A stretch of 61,795 nucleotides of DNA, the filler included, from Hausera hauseri (taxonomy: Eukaryota), in the NCBI GenBank assembly GCA_046269625.1. It is 10 parts of 10 records of this genome, joined end to end, with 100 filler letters (N's around TTAATTAATTAA, not from the genome) between each part and the next. Parts side by side here need not be neighbours in the genome. Positions count along the whole stretch, not along the records: positions 37,847 to 43,520 come from JBJURY010209078.1; positions 43,621 to 47,712 come from JBJURY010767540.1; positions 47,813 to 52,808 come from JBJURY010366706.1; 7 more parts are not named here. One strand, 5' to 3'. The notes below the pieces were generated by a model. The model was not told where the DNA came from. It was given only the letters and a program-made list of their open reading frames with translations, and did no database searches. A program made the position numbers and the translations under genes. Every line of letters begins with the position of its first letter. Position 1 is the stretch's first letter. This document shows, piece by piece, positions 38,300-51,899 of this stretch.

Positions 38300-40700
38300 G
38301 CTTTGTGCCAGCCCCAAACTTCACAAGAAAAGTAATTGCGGAAATATCGAAAATATTTCAAATACTACAGCTGAAAACAACCCCGTATCATCCGCAAACT
38401 AAAAGAATGATAGAAAAATTTAATGGAACCTTAACTAACATTCTGGCAACTATGGTTTTAGCACGGGAGGGTTAGTGGTACGAATACATTAAACCTTGTT
38501 TATTGGCAATTTGAACACAATTCATCCCGCGACGAAAGAAACTTTATTTTATTTAATGTACCTCAGGGATTCTCATATGCCAGTCGACATAGATTTCAAA
38601 TTGCCTGTGTCTCGTCTAAAGGATATGGAGTATAGAGTTATTAGAGGAGAAACCTGCATGTGTGGAATCTGACTTCACGACATATAAAATTTGCCAAGAG
38701 TACAAAGATAGCTATGATAAAAAAGCAAAGTTGCATAACTTTAAACCAGGAGAAAAAGTTATGCTACATACGCGTTTGAGTAAGAATAAAAGAACGCCAA
38801 AATTGGATGGACCATATAAAGGCCCTAACACAATTCAGAAGGCAGATGAAACTAACATTTTCCTCAACAAAACTAAGAGGAATAAAACAAACCCAATAAA
38901 AGTCCACGCGAATCGATGCAAACCAGCCCCACCAGAATCGAGACAAAGAAATGAAAATTTTAATTCAATAATAATAGCAACACTCACAATGCTAAGCTTA
39001 GTAACTTGTGTATAGGCTGAGGCTTTAGATGTACAATATAAAGTCTATCAAGTTGGACAATATTCTTGAATAAAAGTTACGGCCAATCGAAATCTAACAA
39101 CAGAAGAATATATATACATATACCTTCATTATATAAAGCAACACCAGAAAATTGTGATCTATATTATAATCATTCAACCCACATCTATTGTAGACTTTCA
39201 TTTGGTACATCATATAGAATCCAATACGCTACTGCAAAAAGAAGTCAGTGGTATAAATCGTACTTCTCATATCCTGGTTCGACTTACTATTTCTACCAAC
39301 CATATTTTATACTAAAGTCATAAAAAATGGACCGTGTGTGACGGCAGAACCAGAAGCTTTAATAACAAAGTATCGAATTGTGAAATACTCGATCGTAAAC
39401 AAAACGTATACCATAGAATGTAAACCAAATTATCGAAACCCATGTTTATGCTGTCCCTTTTCATTTTTAAACAATATCAAATATATTATCGAACTACAGT
39501 CAATGGTTATACGTGGTCGACAGCGTCAGATGGACCCGAAGTAATGATAACATCTCCGAAAATAACAACTACCTCTACCCGGACGACATTATCTACTATA
39601 ATACCTCCAGAAAAAGTGGCAACTGGGATTAAAAGGATTTCCAAAGAACTGGGCGTGATAATCCAATCAACGGCACACTCCTTGATTATTATAGTATCCG
39701 ACCTAACGAATACTAATGTGAAATTTGAATGCTTAATTCACAACAAGATGGCTAGTGAAGGAGTATTAACTCCGAACGAAGCAACATCGGCCTGCATGTT
39801 CCTGAAANNNNNNNNNNTACGAAGAAAATTATAAAAACAACTACTATTGAAATTGTTGAAGAAATTTCTAATAAATATTTCTGGATGGTTATTACGCTAG
39901 GTACCTTTTTAGCATTGATAATTATAATACTATTGATAATAATCTATTGTTCTAAAGACGTAGAATGCGCAAGACCCCAAATATAATACGACAATTAAAA
40001 TTATTAAGGGAAGGTTCCCACAATGAAAACCTTCCCAAGCTGAAAAGCTACTAAATCTTGAACGGCAAACTCGACCATTAATGGACGTTGCACTATGTGT
40101 GCACACATAATAGATGAAGGCGCAAAAATTTTAGCGACATACAAAAAAATAATTATGAAAAATCTCGGGTTGCAAAGCTTTACGCAACCTACCATAAAAT
40201 TTTTTAAAGATTTCCATGGTTAGTATTAATATATTTTCTTTCAGTTCACGAAGGTCCAGAAACAGTACAGAGGGCCAAATCCTTCTATTACAACATCGCC
40301 ACTAACCTCAATTCAACCGAGAAAAAAGATTATATGTATTATGAGAAAGCATCTCTGAGACCAAACAATCTTAAGGGACATCTCGTTTCTCAGAGAACTG
40401 CCATCATCTTCAAATTACCTAATACGTAGACAAAATTATCAGATCTAATCGATATTTGGCGAAAACGACAGCAGTTTACATATCAGTGCTGAAGGCTACC
40501 TTACAATTAATAAGCAGAGCTTACAGAAGCAATATAACAGACTCATTTGATGTAATTCCCTTCTTTGCTATTCGATTAGACCAGCGTCTATATAAAAACG
40601 CCACAATAATATTAAGACCTTTTGGAGGACCAAGCCTGTTGTTTCTGTATCATGAGAATAAAGTCCAATTCGTTCAAAAGTGAATCACAACGACAAAATT
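38300..40700 (+). mobile_element. Fragment A2, relative of A1: integrase C-half, in-frame signal peptide, FN3-like TM protein, spliced downstream ORF
   Basis: TTPYHPQT..IEKFNGTL; KLDGPYKGP...VHANRCK; SIIIATLTMLSLVTCV; KITTTSTRTT stalk; TM FWMVITLGTFLALIIIILLIIIY at 39879-39947; acceptor at 40244. Confidence 0.75.
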
Positions 40701-40849
40701 GAGCATTAAGAAACATTTCAATTTTTTTAAATAATCAATTTCTTTTATCAATCTGATTATTTGTCATGGCTTTATAAAATGTTATAAAACAATATCACAG
40801 CAATGCACATATTTACAATTACGATAGCACTGATAAGAAGATATGATAC

Positions 40850-41687
40850 GACATAAAGTACAGCGGTCAGATCATTGGAATCTACATTTGTGTCCTTATT
40901 ACAGTTCATGATTCCTTCTAAAGCAGAATTCCAACATGCCGTTGTACAAATACGAAATCAAATGATCATGGACTTTCCAAAAGTTTCAAAATTAAATGTC
41001 ATAAATTCCAGCACTACATGGAACACCACCATAAAACGACATTCCAACAATGGCATTAATGGATATTAAGGGTATTAATAATAAAGTTATATACCATAGT
41101 AGCCGATTGAACTTCTAAATGCTAATTGTTGAGTTTTCGGAGAATGACGTGGCAAAACACCAATAAGACCTTTGTAAACCTGACTCGAATACCTTGGATT
41201 TTCATCAGCGAATATTGTCAACAAAGTTCGACGAATTACTTGCGTTTCTTCTGACTTAGACTTAGACATTCGGCTACAGCCCTTATGCCATTACTTTCAC
41301 GAGTTACTTCCTTGTACTTTGTTCCTGCATCTGCAATGCGTGTCAAAACTTTTACAGCCCGATTTTTATTAGTTTCCTTTGAATGACACAAAACACATCC
41401 AATATACATAAAATACTTCCATGTTCCAGAAACTCTAATAAATAATTTTGACTGCTTGGAGCATTTAAGAAAACAACGTTTGAAGCTGCTCTGTAAATAT
41501 TGTACTGGTCATGTATATTAATTTGAATCGAACAGAAATTCGTTTATGTTCGGAGATTCGAAACTTGTTTATGTTGAACAACGAAATCCTGTAGTAGTTG
41601 TCTTCGTTTATATTTTGACTTAGTGTCCCACTCTTGTACCGAGGGCATCACTCTCTACGTCGCATTATCCTGCTTAACGTTACTCAT
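40850..41687 (-). pseudogene. ARMH1: Intronless armadillo-like helical domain protein 1 (C1orf228) homolog, N-terminal part
   Basis: MSNVKQ...VQEWD; NYLLEFLEHGSILCILDV; SKSEETQ...NPRYSSQVYKGLIGVLP..SPKTQQLA. Confidence 0.8.
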
Positions 41688-41769
41688 GACTTAGATGTCA
41701 AACTATTTCAAAAATGTAGGAAAATCTACTGATTCATCAGGAGTATGAATTTGAATTTAAGCCGGATAG

Positions 41770-43520
41770 TGTACCAGAGTAATAATATGAGTGTAATCTG
41801 TTGACATTTTGTGTTGGGGCACGGATAAGACTGAAGTTGTTCGCAGCAGATTGTGGTGGCACCCGATTCCGCGGAACCACACTACCAACACCCTAGCTGA
41901 ATTGAAACAATGGAATGAAGGATGTGGAAGATGCAAAAACGTGGAAGGAATAGTTTTGATGAGTTATTGCGTCTTTGGATGGACAAGGCGTGGAATCTTA
42001 TCCATATTTAGGTATCTGCTGTATTTTCTGAAAGCGACTGTTTTGGTATGTTTGACGTGCTGTTTGATTGTCTGCTGAGGTGATTGCAATGAATTTAAAT
42101 TTTGATTTGACATGTCAGTAGGCTGAGAACTTCTCGGTATGTCGTTTAGTACAGATTTTTAAGCTGATGCCGGTTTTAGAGTAGCTGGTTGTCGTGTAGG
42201 AAGAATGGACGAAGAACTGCAGGAGTCAAGAAAGTTTTGTATGGACTCAGCTGAGGGATCCAGTGTATCGTTAACGAAGAACGCGGGTTTCACGTTAGCT
42301 ATGTGCACGTTTTGTTCTTTGTCGTTTTTGAGTATTGTAACCATGTGTGAATTTAGGTTGGAAACTTTAAATGGTCCTAAGTAGTTTGGATGGAATCCGG
42401 AAGATGAAGGACTTTTTATCCACACGAATTTCGCGTTGAATACTCAGTCAGGTAAATATGTTTTATCGCCATGAATTATTTTGCAAAAGGAATCCTGACT
42501 TAGCTGAACGAAATGATTCTGTGCGGACCTAATGGTTTCGTCAGTTGGTGTGTTGTCCAAATCGGTAAGTTCAAAGAGTGCACGAATTGTGGTAACAAAA
42601 AGTGCTTCAGCAGGTGCGCAACCAGTAGTAATAGACGGTGTGTGGCGCTACCCAAGTAATATGAAAGGAAGGATGGTGGTCCAGTTCGTATGAGTTTCGG
42701 CTAGAATCTTTAGCGAGATTTTAAGGGTGCGTAGAAACGTTCCAATAAGCCGTTCGACTAGAGATGATATGGAGTTGTGTGACTTATGCCCAGTAGAATA
42801 ACTGAAGACTTGAATAGATTCGATTCAAATTGAGGACCTTGGTCTGTAATTATATAGCGGGGTGAACCGAACCGGCTAATCCAAATTCTTATGAATGCAT
42901 CGGCTATGGAGCGCAATGGGACGGCTTCAGGCCAACGAGACGCGCGGTCCACCATTGTTAAGATGAATTGGTGGCCGTTATCGGAAGGTAATGGGCCGAC
43001 GATATCTAGATGTACAGATTCAAAACGGGACGTGCAGTGAAAATGAAATAGAGGTGGCTTAAGATGCTTAGCTACTTAGAATTTTTGATAAACCACACAT
43101 TGTCTAACCCAGTCCTGCACATTAGACCTCATCGATGGCCATGTTACGTGACGTTTGAGAAGGAGGGATGTAGCCTTCGAACCTGGGTGATGTAACAAAT
43201 GGATGTGGCTAAATGCTATTTGTTATAGAGAAGGTGCAAAGATTGGCAAACGTTGTCAAGGTTTTGACGTGTCCATGGCTACTCCATCGATAATTTGTAT
43301 AAATTTGCATTGTTTAAGAATATCCGCGGAAGGGGAGTTTTGGATTAATTGTTCTTTGTAGAATATGGCACCAACTTACTGTGTTAAGAAATCGGCTATT
43401 AAATTGTCTGTGCCAGAAATATGGCAAATTTTAAAGTTGAATGTTGACAGATATTAGATATGGCGTTCTTGTCGAAGTGATGGTTGTTTCTTGCTTATTA
43501 CGTGAACAAGAGATTTTTGG
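41770..43520 (-). mobile_element. Gypsy family B copy 3 (RNase H end, INT, 3' region)
   Basis: DRASRWPEAVPL; ITDQGPQFES; YLGPFKV...VHIANVKPAF. Confidence 0.9.
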
Positions 43521-44364
43521 NNNNNNNNNNNNNNNNNNNNNNNNNNNNNNNNNNNNNNNNNNNNTTAATTAATTAANNNNNNNNNNNNNNNNNNNNNNNN
43601 NNNNNNNNNNNNNNNNNNNNAGGTTGTCATCCTCTTAGTGAAGATCTTTGTAGATCCAAAGCTGAGGTGTTACTGCGTTTATTTCAGACTTGTTAGAGTC
43701 TCCAGCATTTTGTTCTCATCCTTCTGTTGATTGAGGAGCAGAGTCTCACCTTCACTAAGGGAAAATGTTTCACACATTTCACAAGGCAGCGGTTTGGCGT
43801 TTTAACTTTTCAAAGTAAAACTCCATGTTTTACTTTTCCACGTTTAGAAACTTGGAAAATTTTAAAACATGCTAAAAATATAGAAACGTTAACCAGTGGC
43901 GGTGTATGGTGTCCTGTTTACACCAAAAAACACTGAAAATTATTATTTGTCTGTATCAGTCCGTCTCACAATTTTCATAAGGAACCGTGTTTTGTAAATT
44001 AATGGAAGCCTCGAAACGCGTGCTGACGTCATTTATGCAACATATTTTAAAAAGTTATTTAGAAATAAATTATTAGATAGGGTTAGGATTTGGATTCTGT
44101 TTAGGGTTTATGGTTAGGGTTACAGTAAAGGCTGGTTGTTTCTAAATCACTTTTCAAATATATTTAATAAATAACTTCGGCACGAAATGTGAATTTCACG
44201 AGTTGTCATTGGCACGAGTTGTAGACGAACCAATAGTAATGGAGCAGCAAAATAAGTAAAATTATTTATTTTTAATTTGTTTTAATATTGGATATAAAAT
44301 AAATGCCTTTTAAAAACTGATTAGAATTCTATTTGAATTAGTGTGTGACAAAAATCTAAGCGAC

Positions 44365-45200
44365 ATGCAGGATTTCGACCCGCCGACTTTGCTGAGCAAA
44401 GTATTCTTTACTGGCGATACAACCAGGACCATGGGACCAGGTAATGTCAGTCCGCCGGACTATCACGAACACTTCCGGAAATACTATGATGCCTCACTTA
44501 AGCAATTTGATGGATCATTTATGGATGAAGCAAAACGATGGCTGGAAGATATGATTCAGGCAAACAAATTTTTTCGACGGCCGTTTGTGGAGCTATGCGA
44601 ATTCTTGTTAACGGAACAAGCCAGAATTCTGTGGACTCATTTCAAACAAAAAAGGGAAACCAACTGTCGGACGAAGAAGCCATAAGGTGGTTTAGGACGA
44701 CGTTTATGAGGAAAGTGAACCCTTTTGATGAGGTAGTCAAATTTGTTAACGTGTATCAAATGGAAGGAGAAAAGTTTTTGACATTTGAAATCAGGATTCG
44801 CCAAGCAACTGATACAATTTTTGAGTTGAACAAAGAAGAATTTGTTTAAGAATTTCTGAGAAAACGAATTAGTTTAAATGTGCTAAGAAAGCGGTTTGTT
44901 TTCAAACCAAAAATGACGGTAGAAGAGACGAATGAAGCGGCTAAAGTTTTGAAAGATAGCCAAACCGTAGAAGAGTACGGCGAAGTGGTTCCAGTGAAGA
45001 AATCCTTCCCGGATGTTGTAAATGCTCCTAACAGAAATTTCGGAAAGACGACATACGTGAGTAGATGGAAAGGAGCACATGACACCAAACACCTCCTCGG
45101 AGAAAAATCGATGTGGTTCGCGGATGAGTCATGGGGTAGAAAAATGATACACACACGCACGATTAATATGGTGGAGATAGGCGACACACAATTATGAAAG
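44365..45200 (+). pseudogene. gag: Decayed Ty3/Gypsy-type gag of another family
   Basis: LKQFDGS...AKRWLEDM; LLTEQARILW; WFRTTF; YQMEGEKFLTFEIRI (major-homology-like). Confidence 0.65.
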
Positions 45201-45679
45201 TGATACACACAAGCACGTGTATTACATGGATTATAGGTGGACTTAAAAATTTGAATTTTGCGCCAAAATTTTTTTGTTTTAATTTTGATATATTTGTTTT
45301 CATTTCAGTAAGTTGATATAAATATTTAAAATTGTATTTAGGAGGTGAAATTAAGCGAATCACAGAAGAAATATGCAGTGGGAAAATAGATTGAGACCAA
45401 TTCCTAAATAGAATCCACACTTTTTATCAAAGGAAGACTATGTAGAATTTGTAGTTCAAACAATATGTATTACAAATATTACACAAGAATTTAAAAGAAG
45501 ACAAAGAAACGTTTTACTTACTTCGTTATCCTTGTGGGTTCGCTTGTAATATTTTTATCAATGTTTGTTCGTTAACAAATGTTTTTACTTAGTGATAAAT
45601 GGTAATGTATTATAAACTCAATAGTACAAAAGAAAGAAATAGAACGATAAAAACATTTATTGGTATGAAATATACAAAC

Positions 45680-47712
45680 TAAGTACAATAATGACCAAAT
45701 GCGACACTTTTGTTTTTGTTTATCCAATATCTTTTGTCATCGAACGGGTCTAGTGCCTTCTTTTTCGTGCTGATCGTCATTAACTAGTGACTTTGTCCCG
45801 ATACGCTCCTGGTTAAACTGTTGCCCCACACCCATTTTCATAAGCCTTTTGATAGTTGATGAACTGTAAGTCTGTTTGTTTGAGATTTATTTCTTTGCAT
45901 TTGAGGACAGGTCTGCTTTGAGTTTTCAATGCATAGCATTTTGGTCTCAAGAAAATTGCCTCTTGATATTCAACGCAACCCTTACTTTCATCCTTAAATT
46001 TTTCGATTACAGACGCGAAACGAGTAGAGTAAAGCAGGTCGATGCCACCATAGTTAGAAGTGTCTAACTGCTCATTGGCTATCATTGCTGGCTAGAGCTG
46101 TGTTCGCAAATTAACGCCACGGCATTTGAGGAAGAGTCTGTCCGTATCACCAGGAGTAATATTTAGCTCACAATTGAACTGTTGCCTCTAAGACTCCAAC
46201 TCTATGTAATTCAGCTCGTACATTCTCAATTTGGAAAGATCCAGAACTGTCTGTCCAATGCATGATGGTTTGTCTAATGTAATCACATCTTTATCTAGAA
46301 GAACGGCAACTAGATCATCAGTTATAAGAATACTTTCTTTAAACCGTGGCTTGCTAACATAAGTAATAAGCTTCTTCACGGCTTCACCAATGTATAAAGG
46401 TCTATCTAATGTAACAATGTCTTTATCCAGAAGAAAGACAACCAGATCATCGGCTATAGTAATATTTTCTTTAAACTGTGCCTTGATAGCATATGTAATT
46501 AGCTTCTTTGCATTATTACACAATATCAAGTTGGACCTTGTCAATAGATTTTCAACTGTTTTTCCATACAAGATATTGCTTTTGAGCACAAAGAAGTCCT
46601 TCCCAAAAGGATTATCTGCTTCAGCCCTCTTAGCAGTATTTAAATCGATGTAATCCTTAAAGATATAACCCTGGTCAAACACAACAGCCCGATGCACCTT
46701 TTCAACTACAGAGCCTAACTCGATGTACAACTGTAAGAGCCAATAGTGAATAACATAGTTAGACTTACGCTCATGTGTCAGCAACAATTTCTTTACTTTA
46801 GAACAAGGAGGACATTGGGTGATTGGAGCTAAAGGCAGTTGGTCTAATTTATCATGCTTATCCTATGGATGCTTAAATCAACCTCAAAGACTAAACCTCG
46901 TTTTTTCCTAACAATGTCAATAAAGGGCAATTGGTCATTCAGACTATGTAATTTATCTTCATCATAAGTCTAAGTCAAATTCACAAATGGCAAAGGTTGA
47001 GATAAAGCCCAGCCGTACAAATTATTTATATCTATGTACAAGAGACTGGTGTTTTCATCAACGGTAACCCTATGCTTATTTACAAAAGTCATACCACCGC
47101 GAATACCTGATTGGAAGAAACTATACATTTCAGGATCTTGAATGAGCTCAATCTTAGAAGGACTGGATTTCAATGCCGTGGCCCAAGATAAACCAGGAAT
47201 TGAAACAAAGTTAACGGCTTCTAAATCATCCTGCTACTTAGCCTCCTTTCTAAAGCGTGCAAAAATATCTCCTAACAAGTATACATCTAGTTTCATGTAT
47301 ACTAACATGTAATCTAACAGGCAGTTACATCTATATTTCAACCAAACTAGTTGTGCTTCTTCATAATCGCTATCGCTAACACCATCCCATTTTGGAGGTA
47401 ATTCAGAAATCGACTGCAAATCACTGAATGTTTTGGCTGCAGTGTACGGGAAAATGATTTTTTCCCTTAATGATGTCTGAAGGAAAAGCCGATTCTGTGA
47501 ATGGGTAAGTATCTAAATTGGAGGTTAATGTTTTGATTGAAGCAGCTAAAAACTGAAGAGTGTCTAGAAATCTAATAGTAACAGACTTTTTATCCGAACA
47601 TCTTACCATTGCATACATAGTCATAAATTTTTCAGTCATCTGTAGAATAATATCTAATTCCCAACTGCTGAATTTACTTAAAGCGTGTTTTAAGATATGA
47701 TGAAGATCATAT
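45680..47712 (-). pseudogene. pPolB copy 4 (more divergent subfamily)
   Basis: RFLDTLQFL; GIRGGMT...YIDINNLYGWALSQPLP; NILYGKTVEN; GDTDR; KFKDE...LRPKCY. Confidence 0.9.
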
Positions 47713-47812
47713 NNNNNNNNNNNNNNNNNNNNNNNNNNNNNNNNNNNNNNNNNNNNTTAATTAATTAANNNNNNNNNNNNNNNNNNNNNNNNNNNNNNNN
47801 NNNNNNNNNNNN

Positions 47813-49540
47813 TTTAGCTGTGCCAGAAATGTGCAGCGGTTGGCCTGAAGCAGTGTATAAGGATTTGATCTTGAATGGAGTATTTTGTGTAGAAAAGGTT
47901 TGTGGTAATAGAGAAATTGCTGCACCTGTATCGATGAGGAAGTCAACAGATTGCGTTGTAGGAGCAGTAATTGCAGCCTTTAGAGTAAAGACAGCAAAGA
48001 GACGTATCGGCGTTCAGAATGGTAAGTATTGCCATTGCCAGAGTTTACCGTGACTGCTGGCGGCAAATTTAGTTTTTTTGGAAGGGTAAATTAGGACGAC
48101 TATTAGAAGGGAAGGCAGTACGTCCATCATTCGTTTTTAATTGGAAAGTGCAACCTGGAAGACATTTACAAGCCTGATGTTTGAACCTTGCATAATAGAT
48201 GCAAATAACGGTGTCCGAGGAAAAGTTCTTATTATAGAACATGCAGCCTAGGCAGCACTTCTGGGCATTAGTGTTGAATCTGCTGTGGTAATAGCAGATC
48301 GACGAACGCGCAGGCAATGGTGGGCGGTTTCTTGACGCAGAACGGGTGCGGTCAGCGGCAAAACCACCTCGGCGGGACAGCGACAATTTGTTCAATTTAT
48401 TATTGATGTTGTTGATTGTTGCATGTAGTGCAATGTTTTCAGCACGTAGCTGATAAAGTTGTTGTTCTATAGATGTATTATCGTTAGCGCAACTGCTACT
48501 GAAACGACTGGTGAAGAATTTACGTGTAGGACATCATGTGTCCTATCGGCTAATTTGGCCAATTTCTCAAGCGGCGTGGAGTGCTCCACCACGGTAAGTA
48601 GGGCCCGGATTTGGATAGGAAGCGCATTAAAAAATAGTGGCACAGTAGTTCTGGATTATGCTCTTTAGTGACGCCTAGAGTACGTAAGTGAGCCAACGAG
48701 TTGCGTAGGAAATCACTAGGTTTTTGTGTCCCCATTGCGTTTTCATTAAAGAAGCGTTGCATTATTAAATCAATTGATGGTTCTGTACGTTTTCATACTG
48801 CATCGAACAATTGGGTATAAGGGTCGGAGTGTTGAAAGATGTCCAATAAGTTATGGATTGAGGCCTTTATAGAGTTTTGTAGAAGATAAAGTAGGTTATG
48901 GGCTTTGGATAACGAGTCTGTAATACCGTTGGACTGTAACCAGAGTTGATAGAAGTGGAGCCAAGTTTTTCTGGACTTTTCATTATCTATAAAGTATTCA
49001 GTGCAGTGCGGAGAAGTATTGATAGGATTTTTGTGAAAAGAATTTGCATCGATTAAAGTAGGTGGATGCTTTGGTTTGGGGTAGTAAAGAATGGGTATTG
49101 CCTTTTATGGTGGTTGTATCCGTGGTGTCAGTAATTGGCGGAGAGTTCATGCCACCACGGATACGGAGATGTATATGGAGGCAAGTGTGGTTTGAGAGAG
49201 GAGGTAGAGTTCCGGTCAGGGGTATGATAGCTCCGTTATGGGTGAAATAAGTCGGAAGAATTGAGTAAAAGGGAAATAGATGTATGAAGGGTTGGAATGT
49301 GTGGGTATGATGTATTGAGGGTGTAGATATGTATGTTGTTAGAAAAAAAGAAAATAAGTGGAAGTTGTGCGCCTGGGGGCGTGACGTGGGGCCGACGCCG
49401 AAGGCGCCATCCAACCGACCGGCGCAGGGTTGGCGGTTGGAACATCCACCCCGGCGAGGCGGTCACGAAAATGCAGGGTGGTCGATTTTCCCCTCAAATC
49501 GCGCAATATCGGAATGTTGTCTTTGCCCCTTTTCGATGCT
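47813..49540 (-). mobile_element. Gypsy family B-related copy 4 (GC-rich leader, gag, protease start)
   Basis: QKPSDFL; ICYYHSRF...KCCLGC...KCLPGC; FLIDTGAAISLLP. Confidence 0.88.
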
Positions 49541-49544
49541 CTGA

Positions 49545-51330
49545 AATAACATTTCATGGCTTTATCGTACCAGGCAATGAGTAGGTAAATGACACTATCA
49601 ATCCACATTATAACGATGTAACGCCCAACACTGAGATTCAAATTCAGAACAATATTGCCAAATAAATTAGTAAATCCCGTACCATCAGTCGTCTGTTCCC
49701 AATATGCAATGAACGTTAGTGCATGACAGAATGCCACCTGGGCATACGGAGTAGATCCGTAATAGACAGACGAGCCGATATTGTCTTGGTGTTGAATAAG
49801 AATGACGTACGGTAGATAGTGAGAGATAAATGATACTGGCGGCAACTCCAGTGATGTTGCCCTGATTGGAGAAGACGCTTAACAGGAAACATTGGCAAAC
49901 GATGGGAACGATGTAGGAGAAGACGAGGAAGACGACAACGGTTGAGGAGGATTCGAGAATTTTTAGTGATTTTATCATGATTGTCATAATAACTAGACAC
50001 CGGTGGTAACAATGAGAGAAGATAAAAACCAGGTAGCGCAGTGGACAAAATTAGACATTCCAATTACCCGCATGCATTCCTTTAGTCGTTTTTCTTTCTC
50101 ACAAACAATGTTTTTGATAAGAAACGTAAATGGTGTGACCCAAGAAATGACAAAAAGGAGCGGCATCAGGAGGGACAGAAAACAGATAAACTTATCGTCG
50201 GCATAGCACGAATAAGGAATTATTTGGGGACTAGCGCCGGTCGTAACAAGCGTATTGTTGGATAGAATTTCAATGAATGCATGGTCAATTTCCTGCTGCA
50301 GATATAGAAATCCACTCGTGTAGTATTTCATAAGAACAAGCGTATTTATGCGAGGGATCGGACTCAAATAACGGTCGAGTACTTTCTCATTAACTGTACT
50401 GTTAATGCGGAATGTCCGCATGCGAATGGCTTACTGCCGCAACGTGGCATTATGCATAGACAGATGATGGAATGCAGCATCAAATACAACAGCTGCATAT
50501 GCACTGTCGACAATTGTCGTATTGAAAGTATCGATATTATCGGCTAATTTAATTGGCCGGACTTTGTCAGGTACGATGCAGTTGAGTAACTGTTCAATTG
50601 TGGCAAGTACCGAAGAGATTGTCTGTATTATCGTCGGGATTTCTCGATTTATTGCCTTGACCCCCTTACAAAATAATTTATTCTCACTGGGTAAATCGAA
50701 TGAACACAGCCGATTTATCAAACGAACAAACGATCCTTTTAACAAAACGAATTCAACTCGCTCGACGAAAGAAATTCGGCATTGCACGGCCATAATTCGT
50801 AACCGATCCAACGATTCGAACGTTTCTTTAGTGAGTTTCATCATCTGTCGTGTAAAATCCGTTGTCGGCGTAAAATAAATTCGTCCAAACAACAACGGAC
50901 TCACGCATCGATAGAATCGTTTCGTGAAATAATTATTTTAGAAATACGAACGAACCTGCTGTTGATACGATGGGATTGCTCGTTTCTGTCGTTGTTTCGT
51001 CTCGTTTCGGAATAAAATCAACAAATAAATTGCATCGTTTTGTTGTCCACTACCGCAGACTAGATGGAAAGATTGTGGAAATTGTTGACAAATGATTAGT
51101 TTTCATCGGTGGAACTCGTGACGAATGGAGAAATATCCGGCAGATATAAAAGACTATTCTGCAACATTTTATATTCATCAGGATGTCGAATTGTCCAAAA
51201 ATAATGATGAGAAATCGAAATTATCCGTCGGCAGAGAATTGGCAATTTTTGGAAAAAATATCAGTATGAGAATCACAAAACAGAGATTTCGAACGACATG
51301 TTGCATATTGATTTCAAATTGCCGTTGAAC
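49545..51330 (-). pseudogene. Intronless ABCA-family transporter N-terminal fragment
   Basis: YYTSGFLYLQQEIDHA; IPYSCYADDKF; IVCEKEKRLKECMRVIGMSN..H..TWF; MWIDSVIYLLIAWY; upstream limit uncertain. Confidence 0.88.
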
Positions 51331-51737
51331 GTTTGTAAACACAGAAAACCGTAGAAAATAAATCCAGAATGGCATAATGAGCATCACATTTGTTGGACTA
51401 TATTGGACTTAAAGTCAAATTGATTCTTGTCAGTGCTTTCACATACTTTCTGTGCAGTTAAAAATTTCCGTAATAGTTTAACCAGCTTCGTAGACGTTGC
51501 AAAATTGTTGCTACAGCTGTTGTGAATTCGATCGATTCCAACGAATTTTAAATCAGCGAAATTGGTATAGTCTGATGCCATTTTGTTAAATTATAATGAG
51601 TTTCTGTAAAAAAGTTTAAAAGAATATTGATAACATCATCAATTTTAATATCGTTAATTAAATTATTTTAATAAGCATGAAGAAACCACAAATATTACTT
51701 TACAATGTTCAGTTTGTACAATGTTTATCTGTTACAG

Positions 51738-51823
51738 GGTGAGGCCATGATTTACATGGAGCCTGAGAAACAGGTCATGTCACGTTCAGCTGATGAGTGT
51801 GTGGTGGCGCTCTGTGACCAGTG
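51738..51823 (+). CDS. LARS1: Isolated 86-nt internal exon of cytoplasmic leucyl-tRNA synthetase (vertebrate-like)
   Basis: ttacag|[29 protein letters not shown]|gtaagt. Confidence 0.88.
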
Positions 51824-51899
51824 GTAAGTGCAATCTTTATGTAGGATTTTATTTTTGTTGTTAAATGATCAGCTTAAACAACAGACCTGAGATATCAGA

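Noticed and set aside
40456-40683. DVIPF..IRL..YKNAT suggesting a tyrosine phosphatase after FN3-TM (receptor PTP capture)
   Set aside because: No WPD or HCxxGxxR motif, and the A1 counterpart lacks the pattern
44075-44125. TTAGGG-like units
   Set aside because: Few and degenerate; not a telomeric array
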